The notes below the pieces were generated by a model. It was not told the origin of the DNA. It worked only from the letters and a program-made list of their open reading frames with translations, and did not search any database. The position numbers were made by a program, and so were the translations under genes. 64,000 nucleotides of DNA from Cyanobacteriota bacterium (GTDB lineage: Bacteria; Cyanobacteriota; Cyanobacteriia; Cyanobacteriales; Nostocaceae), in the NCBI GenBank assembly GCA_046045965.1, contig JBJOKS010000012.1, positions 32,001 to 96,000 on the forward strand. Direction: 5' to 3'. This document shows positions 21,233-31,091 of this stretch, piece by piece (position 1 is the first letter of the stretch; each line of letters begins with the position of its first letter).

Positions 21233-21435
21233 TGGTGACTGGGGACTGGGGACTGGTGACTGGTGACTGGGGACTGGGGACTGGTGACTGGTGACTGGGT
21301 TATTAACTTCCCTTTCTTCCCCTACCTCCCCTGCTTCCCCTGCTTCCCCTACCTCCCCTGCTTCCCCTACCTCCCCTGCTTCCTTTTCTTCCCCTGCTTC
21401 CCCTACCTCCCCTATTCCCTATTCCCTATTCCCTG
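21233..21435. repeat. Compound tandem repeat: (GG[G/T]GACT)n, then 9-mer (CCCCTGCTT/CCCCTACCT)n, then (CCCTATT)n
   Basis: Directly visible; G-rich arm followed by a C-rich arm. Confidence 0.92.
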
Positions 21436-21441
21436 AGAACT

Positions 21442-22740
21442 GTGGCACAAGTTGTATTAGAAAACGTTTATAAAAGTTTTCCTCCCCGGAAGGGGGAAAG
21501 TCTGACTACACAACAGTCATCACCAGAAAAAGAGGGTGCAGATAGTATTAATGTCCTCAGACGCATTAATTTAACCATCGCTGATGGTGAATTTATGGTA
21601 TTGGTGGGTCCTTCTGGTTGCGGTAAAAGTACCTTGCTGCGCTTAATAGCAGGGTTAGAGGTGATGACTGGTGGTAATATTTGGGTGGGCGATAGCGAAG
21701 CTGACCAAAAGTATCGCTTAATTAATGATTTACCCCCGAAAGAAAGAGACATCGCTATGGTGTTTCAAAATTATGCCCTCTATCCCCACATGAGTGTTTA
21801 TGACAATATCGCCTTTGGGTTGCGTCGTCGTTTAGGATCTCAAGACACAACTTCTTCACCTCTGGTTCGTCAGTGGGGGGAAAAATTGCTAGTGGGAGTA
21901 ACGAAAAAACTACCCAAAGGACTGCGTTATATTTCTCAAAAAGAACGCACAATAGAACAACAAGTGTTAAATGTTGCCCAATTATTACAAATTGAAAATT
22001 TATTAAATCGCTTACCTAAACAGTTATCCGGGGGACAAAGACAACGGGTAGCATTAGGGAGAGCGATCGCCCGTAACCCCCAAGTATTTTTAATGGATGA
22101 ACCATTATCTAACTTAGATGCTAAATTACGGGCAGAAACCCGCACCCAAATAGTTAAACTTCAGCGTCAGTTGGGAACAACAACAATTTACGTTACCCAT
22201 GATCAAACTGAAGCTATGACAATGGGCGATCGCATTGCCATCATGTATGGCGGACAAATTCAACAAGTTGCCCCACCCTTAGAATTATATAATTATCCTG
22301 CGAATCGGTTTGTAGCCGAATTTATTGGTTCACCACCAATGAATTTTATCCCGGTAGAATTTCACGCACCTTTATTAATTACCCATGCTAATTTTCGCTT
22401 TACCCTCCCAGAAGCATGGGGAAAAGCACTGCAAAAATACGATGGACAAACTGTAATTTTAGGTATTCGTCCAGAACACTTGAGTTTAAGTGTACCAGCA
22501 ACCAAAAATTTACCAGTAAAAGTAGATTTAGTAGAAAATTTAGGAAATGATAGTTTTCTTGCTGTAAGAATATCTGACCCTGATTTAACAAATTCAGATG
22601 GTCAAACCTTACAAGTACGAATTCCCCCAGATAGATTCATCAGTTTGGGTGAGCAACTTTGGTTATCATTGGTTCCTGAAAAACTGCACTTTTTTGACCC
22701 AGAAACCGAGTTAGCCATATTTCCTAAAAGCAGGGAATAG
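21442..22740 (+). CDS. Sugar ABC transporter ATP-binding protein (MalK/MsmX type; possibly a GlsC orthologue)
   Basis: GPSGCGKS, VFQNYALYPHM, LSGGQRQR, MDEPLSNLD, YVTHDQ, C-terminal TOBE region. Confidence 0.93.
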   Translation: MAQVVLENVYKSFPPRKGESLTTQQSSPEKEGADSINVLRRINLTIADGEFMVLVGPSGCGKSTLLRLIAGLEVMTGGNIWVGDSEADQKYRLINDLPPKERDIAMVFQNYALYPHMSVYDNIAFGLRRRLGSQDTTSSPLVRQWGEKLLVGVTKKLPKGLRYISQKERTIEQQVLNVAQLLQIENLLNRLPKQLSGGQRQRVALGRAIARNPQVFLMDEPLSNLDAKLRAETRTQIVKLQRQLGTTTIYVTHDQTEAMTMGDRIAIMYGGQIQQVAPPLELYNYPANRFVAEFIGSPPMNFIPVEFHAPLLITHANFRFTLPEAWGKALQKYDGQTVILGIRPEHLSLSVPATKNLPVKVDLVENLGNDSFLAVRISDPDLTNSDGQTLQVRIPPDRFISLGEQLWLSLVPEKLHFFDPETELAIFPKSRE

Positions 22741-22770
22741 GGAGATGGGGAGATGGGGGGAAATATTTAC

Positions 22771-22803
<33 letters not shown>

Positions 22804-22848
22804 TGAACTTTGTTTGGTGTTGAGATTATTAACTATCATTATTGTCGG

Positions 22849-23235
22849 CTATGCCAACTTCTTCTCCCTATGGCTATTACGTACTTCTGTTTTTTGCTTA
22901 CTCCCAACTTCCAGATAAGCTATATCCTTAATTTTTTTGCTCAAGCTGCTAGGTGCTAAATGAGTATCAGACCTTTTCTCAGTTGGTGATGTGGCAATTT
23001 TCAGAGTTTCATTCGGTTGAGAGTTTGACCGACTGTTGCGGGAGTTTTCTTTGAGTAGTCGGTTATAAGTACGGTAAGGAATGTAATGCAGAGGATTGTA
23101 ACCCACAAACCGCAGCATTAACACACAAGCCCAGGAATACTTACCAGCGAGAATAGCTTCTACTACTTGGTCGAACTGCTCAGGATTGATTTTTTTATCA
23201 GGGAGTCCACTATTGCCAGAAATATCTTGATTCAT
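22849..23235 (-). CDS. hetP: Heterocyst commitment protein HetP
   Basis: EQFDQVVEAILAGKYSWACVLMLRFVGYNPLHYIPYRTYNRLLKEN is the HetP family core. Confidence 0.92.
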   Translation of the reverse strand: MNQDISGNSGLPDKKINPEQFDQVVEAILAGKYSWACVLMLRFVGYNPLHYIPYRTYNRLLKENSRNSRSNSQPNETLKIATSPTEKRSDTHLAPSSLSKKIKDIAYLEVGSKQKTEVRNSHREKKLA

Positions 23236-23526
23236 GGTGAGTTTTAGTTTTATTTCAATGAGGTAAACTAGTCGAGTTTCGCCGAGTGTTATTCTGTCAA
23301 GTGCTATTTACAAACTGCATACAAAAACTGCAATACCAGTCCACCACACCAACATTTATGGGTTGATAATGCGTACCTTCACCCAGCAATTTTGGTTTGG
23401 TTGATTAATAGTTTTGCGGCAGTTGTTGAATTAATTACAGGAATATATTGGTAATAGATGAGTAGCGAATGTTGAAAAATATAGATTCACCTGTTCAACA
23501 GGCACATCCAGAAATTTCGCAACTTC

Positions 23527-24090
23527 TCAGCACTTCCCGTAACTAAGAGTAAAAAAGCTATTGCTAAAACTGCTCTGTTGTGTTCGTTGCATCCAGATAC
23601 TATGGAGCCAAGTTTTAGTTTTCGCAATTTTTACCGCTAACTGGGTCGTTTTCCGTATGTTGGGGAGAAACTTCCATAAACTAACTTTCAAAACTAAGGT
23701 GCTTGGGGTTGCTTGTTCTGCTTTAGCTTTCATCTTCCCCAGGGTCCTAGTCATCCAAGTTGTGATTTGTTTTTCTGGGATGTGACTGACTTGTGCAGTG
23801 TTTCCTGTACACTCCCACATCACAACTCTGGGCAAAATATCTAACTTCTTCTCCCAAACTACATACAGAAGGGCTGAAAGTGCCTTATTCTCGCAGGATG
23901 TTGACTTGTTGCTGTTATTTTTAATTACTATGTCGCTACTTTTTGGTAGGACTGATAAATTTACTTTTGGTGAAAGTACGGAACTTTCTGCAATGGATGC
24001 CTGACGAGAATGTAATTCAGAGTGTTGTCTCTCTAAATTATTTCGTTGGCTTGGTGTTTCGACTGCAATTGACCTGATGATTTGTTTCAT
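23527..24090 (-). CDS. Hypothetical protein, 187 aa, basic and Ser-rich
   Basis: ATG-initiated long ORF co-oriented upstream of hetP; no recognisable domain. Confidence 0.5.
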   Translation of the reverse strand: MKQIIRSIAVETPSQRNNLERQHSELHSRQASIAESSVLSPKVNLSVLPKSSDIVIKNNSNKSTSCENKALSALLYVVWEKKLDILPRVVMWECTGNTAQVSHIPEKQITTWMTRTLGKMKAKAEQATPSTLVLKVSLWKFLPNIRKTTQLAVKIAKTKTWLHSIWMQRTQQSSFSNSFFTLSYGKC

Positions 24091-24592
24091 GACCTGACCT
24101 GTGATTGAAAACCTGACTGTTTTTAATCAAGTCTGTGTGCTGCTTTGCTGTATGACCCTGTTGTGCAGTTTTGTAACCTGGTAGCTTTGGTTGCTGGTAA
24201 AAGCAACTGCTATTGGTTACTTATGTTCTGTGATTTTTGCTGACTCTTGAATGAAAGGTAAAAATTTACCCTCTTTCTCTCATCTAGCAGGTTTAGTAGA
24301 TGCAGTTGTGTCCTTTAAAAATTCCACAAGCTGTAATTCAATAGATTTTCCCTGGATATTATTGTATAACTTACCGCCGAAAATTAGGAAGGCTTTTCAG
24401 TAAAGTCTCATAATTTTCAATTCGGCCGAGAAGATGATTCATATTTGCTTCTCACAAGCTACATTCGTATTTATACTATTTTTTCTCGCCAATGTCATCT
24501 GCCACTTTGGCAGTCTTATAAGTTAAATTTACTGAATATCTCAAAATGTTCATTTAGGCATTGTGCAACTTTGACTTTTGTCCCAAATTTAT

Positions 24593-24623
24593 CAAAAAAA
24601 TGAGGGGTGTTACCCCTCATTTT
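24593..24623 (-). terminator. Intrinsic terminator in the middle of an intergenic region
   Basis: AAAATGAGGGG-tgtta-CCCCTCATTTT stem; on the minus strand it is followed by a long T run. Confidence 0.6.
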
Positions 24624-26117
24624 GGGTAATTTAAAAAGTGTATTATGTTTAATTTTTCAGCAAATATTACTATTAAGTAAACCTTGTAAACCTTATAAAT
24701 CAAGAATTTTAGGCATTTTTGTAAAAACTCAATCCTCTATTTTGAGGTAAATTACTCTGAACTGTTTAGTGATTATATATTGTTATATGTTTTGTTTAAA
24801 GGTCTGATCGGAAAATCATTCTAGTTACACCTATCCTCAATAGGAGCTTGTGAATACAGAGTAATAATTGTATAGCAAACAGTCAGATCATCTAGACAAT
24901 AAGTTGTTGCTGATACTATTTTATGATATGCTATATTCAGCATCTCTATCAGACAAAGTTACATACAAGAACACACCCTTAAGCGGGCGTATTAACAAAA
25001 AAAATAACAGGCTTAACCTGCACTTAATCATACAATTACACCGCTAAATAAAAATTAAGCGACAAAATATTATTTTGAATTTATTTACAAATAATTTTTA
25101 GTTTTTATGAAGCAAATTAACCAAGATGATAATTGTCATCTCAATTTTCTTAATTGCAAATGTAAAGGGTTAATTATTATTAGTTGGTATCTAAAGCATT
25201 CGTAATAAATGATACTTTGTTTTCAGCCACAATTTAGTCAGGATGGAACAAAGTTGATGAGTAATGAGGTTAGTTGGTCTGGTAATATGCCAAGCTTGAA
25301 GGTTAAGAGGTAATTAACATCGTCTTTGACTTGCCAATCAGAACCAAAGGAGTTAGAATATAATTCCGAATCACCCAAACTCGTTTCTACTGGTAGAGGG
25401 TGAGGCTGCTTGCGAACCTGACTCAATCAATATAACTGCTGCTGCTTTCGCTTTCCCTACATAGACCTAGATTTTATTTTCCAGTGGCTTTTTGTAAGTC
25501 AAAGTTGATAAAACACAATTAACCGCAATATCCTATTGCATCTGACACTAGACCATTGATCATCCTGTGTTTTTTACATAATGTTCTATGGGTGAGATAA
25601 ATTTTCCTGGTGGTGTATTTGGTATTCATTTTTCTAGTTTTCCTTTAGCTCCCTGGTGATAGATGTTTGAAAAATGCTACTAAGGCTTTGTTGTATGGTT
25701 TTACGTTTTTAAAACGACTGTGCTTGTACAAAAAATTTGCTCATCATAGATTTTTTTTCAGGGAATAAATAAACAGGGCATATTTTTAGACATGGTATGG
25801 AGGTTTAAAACTTTCAACTATTATCATTTCTTATTTTTTCTAAGGTTTCCGGGAATAACCGGAAAATAATATCATATTTTACTCGGATTCTTTTATCAAA
25901 AAATAGGCTGAAAACCTACCAACTAAACCCTGAAAACCAAAAAGATTTCAGGTTTACGGTCTTTTAGGGGTGGGAGTTGGTCAAAGACAAATCTTAAGAA
26001 AATGTGTAATTTTTAATTACGGTTTGTCAATAAGCTTATAGGGGGAGATGGGGAGATGGGGAGAATAACTTTCTACCTGTTACCTATTCCCTATTCCCTA
26101 TTCCCTTTTATACGTTA

Positions 26118-28523
26118 TTAAAAACAAAGGTAAACTGCCCAAATAGCCATTGCGCGGAGATATGTACTAGCGCGGAAAGTACCAGCAGAGGTAATAGCTT
26201 CTGGGGTGCGGAATTGTAATCCATTGTCGTATATTTGCCTAACTACAGCCTCAGTTAAACGCAGACCTTCATTTTTCATCCCCATCTGTAATAAAAATGC
26301 AGCCAAACCAAAATTGATACCCGTCCAAACTTCCAGAGGATGAGTAGCGTTAGGGTTTTCAGGAGAACCATCAGGAAGCACACCATTAGCAGCACCAAAC
26401 TTACCATCTTGGAACTTCAAAAAACAGGCCTCATATACAGTAGTTAAAGCAGAAAGGGCGCGATCGCTCGGTACAATATCTGGTAAATTGAGTAAACGAG
26501 CGTAAAACTGCCCACATAACTGATCAGCCATCACCACATGAGAACCACTTTCACTATCCAAACGGTAAAACTGACCATTCCACAGCTTTTCTTGATAAAT
26601 AGGTTTAGCTTGCTGTAACCAACCTTGATAAATTAACCTCCGTTCCTCTGCGTCCTCTGCGCCTCTGCGGTTCGTTAAAATATCACAAATAGCAATGGCC
26701 GCCTCCAAAGCTGCTAACCACAACCCCCCACAATAAGCACTAACACCATTTAACCGCCAATCATCAAAAGTTTGGTCAGGTGCGCCAGAATTTTCTGGAA
26801 TACCATCCCCATCTAAATCAAATTGTTTCACATAATCCAAAGTTTGCACAATGGCATCCCAACATTCTGCCAAAAACTCGATGTCATTGGTAAAAAGGTA
26901 GTCGCGGTATACTTGCAATACAAAATCAGAACCTAAGTCTTTCCACAAATTGCAATCTTGATAAGCGGTATAATTAGTTCTTTCCCAAACGTGTTCATTA
27001 GGTGCGCCTAAGTCGTGGGGTGTAGCACCTGCTACCTTACGGATAGCTTGGGGACTTTCAGCGTTGATGGTGAGATAATAACCGATAATTCTAGTTCTAT
27101 CATCACTTTGGGGAATTGCTCTAGCGAAGGCACGAATTACGGCTTTTTCTAGTTCTGGGTATAACATTAATAACCCGAAAGAACCGTATAACCGCACATC
27201 TAAACTTTCATACCAGCGGTAATCAAAACATTCTAACACTGCAAATTGGCCGATGGGGTCTTTTTCTGTGGCTGCACTCCAGAGAGTACCACCGCTGGTT
27301 AAGTCGTAGAGTTCGTTAAATAAGGCCATTTTCAACCAGTCGGGTAAGTCTTCCCGGTTTAAAATGGGTTGTTGCCAGTTTTGGATTTGCGATCGCCAGT
27401 TATGATATTCTTTCAGTGCAGTAGTCGCAATTTGCCAAGCGTTATCACCACTACAACCAAAAAAGTCTGTATATCTGCGATTATAGTTTACACCTTGAGC
27501 AAATTCTGTAATTGGAAAATCCCAACTTAACACAAAAGGAACTTCTAAAGTTTCTCCTGGTTGCAAAGTGAAACGTACAGCAACAGCAGCACCTAAACGA
27601 GTATTTTCATCTGCGGGAGTTTCATCTAAATAATTAGTTAAAGAACCATCTTGAGAGAAACTATTCCAAATTTCCTCACCATTTCCTAAAGTGTTAAAAC
27701 GAGAATGATAGAATAATTCAACTAGGGGATTTTTAAGAGTAGCAATACACCATGTTCCGTCACCTTCTTGGACAGTTTCATTATTATCAACTCGACCTAA
27801 AACACAACCTAAATATTTATCATCTTCTGCTAACCAATTATAGTTATTTTTGCTTTCTCCCCAACGTGGTTTATATTCATAAACAGGACTACCATCATTT
27901 CTAAATTCCACTTTAGGAGATTTTAAAGAATTGGTAAACCAACCACTCATATTTTCCCAAGTTAGCATAATGCTAATAGTAATTGGTTGGTTTGTTGGGT
28001 TGTGTGCAGTCCATAAAAAAACCGCTACAGGATAACTTGTTTCTTGGTAATTATTAGCCCAGATAGGTGAAAATTGTTCACAGGTTAATTGAATTGGAAA
28101 AACATTTTCATAGACAAACCAACTGCGGGGATAAAGTGCATGATAAGTTCCTGTTTCTTGTGGGGTGGGCATCTTGCCCGCCTCTAATTCTGATACATTT
28201 GAAATATTAGGATACCATTGCCAAGTTTGTAATGTGTTATCTTCTGGGGGTTGGGTGGATAATGCGTAGGTTTTATCTGATGTAAAGATGCTAAATTGAC
28301 AAGCGGGAACGTTTTTAAATGTATGTTCACCGCCGTCTATTTGCCATAAATTGAAGTCTCCGCGTGAGGAACGGCCGATACAACCTGCACCAAAACCACC
28401 TAATGGCATTCCGTGAAATGGTCCATCGTCGAGGTTGCTGGGGTTGCGGACGGTGTAGGGTTTTTCCCATCCTAAACCGATGGGACGTTTCCAGGTGTAG
28501 GGGGGTATTTTTGGGTTGTTCAT
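26118..28523 (-). CDS. GH116 (GBA2-like) beta-glucosidase
   Basis: GMPLGGFGAGCIGR, LECFDYRWYESLDV, PHDLG, WKDL, DQTFDDW, QFRTPEA, YLRAMAIW. Confidence 0.93.
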   Translation of the reverse strand: MNNPKIPPYTWKRPIGLGWEKPYTVRNPSNLDDGPFHGMPLGGFGAGCIGRSSRGDFNLWQIDGGEHTFKNVPACQFSIFTSDKTYALSTQPPEDNTLQTWQWYPNISNVSELEAGKMPTPQETGTYHALYPRSWFVYENVFPIQLTCEQFSPIWANNYQETSYPVAVFLWTAHNPTNQPITISIMLTWENMSGWFTNSLKSPKVEFRNDGSPVYEYKPRWGESKNNYNWLAEDDKYLGCVLGRVDNNETVQEGDGTWCIATLKNPLVELFYHSRFNTLGNGEEIWNSFSQDGSLTNYLDETPADENTRLGAAVAVRFTLQPGETLEVPFVLSWDFPITEFAQGVNYNRRYTDFFGCSGDNAWQIATTALKEYHNWRSQIQNWQQPILNREDLPDWLKMALFNELYDLTSGGTLWSAATEKDPIGQFAVLECFDYRWYESLDVRLYGSFGLLMLYPELEKAVIRAFARAIPQSDDRTRIIGYYLTINAESPQAIRKVAGATPHDLGAPNEHVWERTNYTAYQDCNLWKDLGSDFVLQVYRDYLFTNDIEFLAECWDAIVQTLDYVKQFDLDGDGIPENSGAPDQTFDDWRLNGVSAYCGGLWLAALEAAIAICDILTNRRGAEDAEERRLIYQGWLQQAKPIYQEKLWNGQFYRLDSESGSHVVMADQLCGQFYARLLNLPDIVPSDRALSALTTVYEACFLKFQDGKFGAANGVLPDGSPENPNATHPLEVWTGINFGLAAFLLQMGMKNEGLRLTEAVVRQIYDNGLQFRTPEAITSAGTFRASTYLRAMAIWAVYLCF

Positions 28524-28797
28524 GGTTTTGGGGATGATATTTTTGATGCTAATGCAGGGTAGCTGTTTATGTGGTTTTTTTCAAGTGTTTTGATTTGGAA
28601 ATAACGAACCGCTCCAGACGCAGAGGACGCAGAGAGGAGGAGAGGGTTTTATTTCGCGCAAAGTCGCTAAGGAGCAAAGGCGCAAAGGTTTGGTTGATGG
28701 ATAGTAATTTTAGGGGTTTTGTATGATAAAATAAGGATTGTTTGTTGGAGCATTTGTGAAAATATTGATGTTGAGTTAATTTGAGGTTAATACAAAT

Positions 28798-29316
28798 ATG
28801 ACACAGGAATTAATAGACCTCAGAAATTGTATTTTAGAACAGCGTTATAGTGATGCTTTAGCTATTGTGGATGAGTTGGAGGGGATGAGTAAACAGGCTA
28901 TTATTAGAAATATTCTGTCTTTTGTGAATATTTTGTTAATTCATTTGATTAAAAATCAGATTGAAGAAAGATTAACTAATTCTTGGGCTACATCTATCCG
29001 TAATTCTATTATGGAAATTCACAAATTGAATCTCAAGGAAAATAAAAAATCATATTATGTTGATGTTGATGAATGGGAAGATTTAATTTTAGAAGAAGTA
29101 ATAGAGAAAGCTATTGCTGATGCTAGTGATGAGGTTTTAAATGGTGCATATAATCAATTTCAATTAGAGGAAATGATTGATAAAACGGAGTTGATAGCAA
29201 AAGGTTGTCAATTTTTAAGTTTGACTTATGAACATTCTGCGAAAACTTTACCGAAAGCTATAGCGGAAGTTTTAATACAGTTACCAGGTGGGGAAAGTTG
29301 GTTTTATCGTAAGTAG
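28798..29316 (+). CDS. DUF29 family protein
   Basis: DELEGMSKQAI...ILLIHLIK...SWATSIRNS pattern. Confidence 0.75.
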   Translation: MTQELIDLRNCILEQRYSDALAIVDELEGMSKQAIIRNILSFVNILLIHLIKNQIEERLTNSWATSIRNSIMEIHKLNLKENKKSYYVDVDEWEDLILEEVIEKAIADASDEVLNGAYNQFQLEEMIDKTELIAKGCQFLSLTYEHSAKTLPKAIAEVLIQLPGGESWFYRK

Positions 29317-29447
29317 TTAAATAAGTCGGGGATCTGGGTATTAATAGTTTTATCATTTTGGTTTTTTGCTTCTTTCCCAAACTTTTGATGTTGGTGGTGG
29401 AGGTGATGATGGTTTTTCTATAATTTCAATACCTTTAATTAAATGTT

Positions 29448-29729
29448 CTATAGATCCTTCCATGCTTCGTATTCCTCTGGATCAAGCCAAACCTTATTTA
29501 ATGATGATTCACTTATTTCTAAAAATTCTTTAACTATTATTTTATCATCATCTATATCAACAGCTTGTAAATTTTTAACTACTTCTAATGGCAGTCCAGT
29601 TAGTTTAACGATAAAATCTAATTCAATACCTTCTCGTAACATATTTACAGCAACTTGGGTTAAACCTTGCTGTACACCTTTTTCCCATGCTTCCTGTAAT
29701 GTTTGCGCTGGAATTGATAGGTTATTCAT
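29448..29729 (-). CDS. Small protein: Rpn/DUF4351-like C-terminal domain plus DUF2281-like tail
   Basis: EKGVQQGLTQVAVNMLREGIELDFIVKLTGLPLEVV followed by SESSLNKVWLDPEEYEAWKDL; start ATG at 29729 (the longer track ORF begins inside the MITE). Confidence 0.65.
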   Translation of the reverse strand: MNNLSIPAQTLQEAWEKGVQQGLTQVAVNMLREGIELDFIVKLTGLPLEVVKNLQAVDIDDDKIIVKEFLEISESSLNKVWLDPEEYEAWKDL

Positions 29730-29732
29730 ATT

Positions 29733-29903
29733 CCAATACTTTTCGGTTAAACTCAAAACAACGAAATCACGTAGGTTGGGTTGTTCGCGTTAGCGTTGCG
29801 AAGCAATGGAACGAAACCCAACGTTTACAAGGGTTTGTTGGGTTTCCTATCGTCAACCCAACCTACATCATTATATTTTTTGGGCTTAACCGAAAAGTAT
29901 TGG
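29733..29903. mobile_element. MITE, 171 bp, with 8-bp TSD
   Basis: TIRs CCAATACTTTTCGGTTAA / TTAACCGAAAAGTATTGG; direct repeat TTCATATT at 29725-29732 and 29904-29911; internal GTAGGTTGGGTT...AACCCAACCTAC palindromic repeats. Confidence 0.88.
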
Positions 29904-30077
29904 TTCATATTCTTTGTATTTATGTAGTTGTATTTTTGTAACTTGATTATATTGTATCATAATAAAATGATGTTATTTTAATATCATGAGGCATAGCCTC
30001 TATCTATATGGCATTCTCAGTCGGAGACTGGAAGGGGAAGGAGGGGAAATTAATAAATGAAGTCGGGGATCTGAATT

Positions 30078-30923
30078 TTAATCTATCTCAGGTTCAACAC
30101 CTAAAGCACGTAGTTGGGCAATTAATTTTTCTGTTTTTTGTTTTTCCTGTTCTGCACGTTGTTTTTCCTGTTCTGCACGTTGTCTTTCTTGGTTTGCACG
30201 CTGTTTTTCCTGTTCTGCACGCTGTCTTTCTTGTTCTGCTTTTTCTCTTTCCTGTTCTGCGGGAGTTAATACCCAATTACCATTTTGATCATACCATCGT
30301 AACCAAGGCATTTGTACATTTTTATAGCTACCTTCCCAAATTCCTAAACCTAACTCTAACCCAGGAATCCAAAAACGAGAATTAGCATCTGAAGGTGTAG
30401 ATCGCAAAGTTTCAATATAGCGATCGCCTGTCAATTCAAACATTCTAAATTCTGATTGATAACGGTCAAAAATTGCATAATAAGGTATTCTTAAAATCTT
30501 TTCGTAAACTTCCCATTTACCAGGCGGTTTTTCTACATCTCGCAACATTTGACCTAAATCTTCTTTTTCCGTTCCTGGTGATAATAACTCTACCACAATA
30601 TAAGGATTAACAGATTCTTGCCAAACAACATAACTTAACCGCAAATCTCTTTTTTCATATAAATAAGGAACACCCACAACCGCAAACCAATCTGGGCGTT
30701 TATACCACAATGGATGACGAGAATCAAAATAAAGATTCATGTCACTTCCTGTAAATATTTCCTCATTTGGATAATTAGGAGGAATAAAAGTATCTGCTAA
30801 TAATTGTGGTTGTAATAAATGAAATTGATCTGGCAAACCTTTCTCCTCTGGATCTTCGCTAGGAAGATCATACATCGTCGGTAATGTTTCTTTTGCCGCT
30901 AAAGGTGGATCTGTTTGATACAT
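30078..30923 (-). CDS. Uma2 family endonuclease with C-terminal heptad repeat tail
   Basis: LPTMYDLPSE, RPDWFAV, VELLSPGT, YAIFDR; tail of AEQE(R/K)QR repeats (21-nt units). Confidence 0.9.
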   Translation of the reverse strand: MYQTDPPLAAKETLPTMYDLPSEDPEEKGLPDQFHLLQPQLLADTFIPPNYPNEEIFTGSDMNLYFDSRHPLWYKRPDWFAVVGVPYLYEKRDLRLSYVVWQESVNPYIVVELLSPGTEKEDLGQMLRDVEKPPGKWEVYEKILRIPYYAIFDRYQSEFRMFELTGDRYIETLRSTPSDANSRFWIPGLELGLGIWEGSYKNVQMPWLRWYDQNGNWVLTPAEQEREKAEQERQRAEQEKQRANQERQRAEQEKQRAEQEKQKTEKLIAQLRALGVEPEID

Positions 30924-31091
30924 TTTTTAATGTCCTAAATATCAAACTTTTGTATTTTAATTATACTCTATCTATATTTGATATTTTTACTATTGGGTGT
31001 ACTTTTATTTTATAAAATCTAAATATTAACAGACAATTTATCAATAACCATCCTGTAAATCCTAAAATCCTGGACATCCTGATTCAGACAT

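Noticed and set aside
21291..21473. 60-aa SPASPT-repeat ORF
   Set aside because: It is a translation of the intergenic 9-mer tandem repeat; 9-bp units keep a frame open by chance
30008..30385. 125-aa hydrophobic repeat ORF (and 30094-30276)
   Set aside because: Antisense or alternative-frame shadow of the Uma2 21-nt repeat tail
30380..30410. Possible further HIP1-targeted insertion in Uma2 (LRSTPSDAN)
   Set aside because: GCGAT is present but the closing CGC is not, so it cannot be supported
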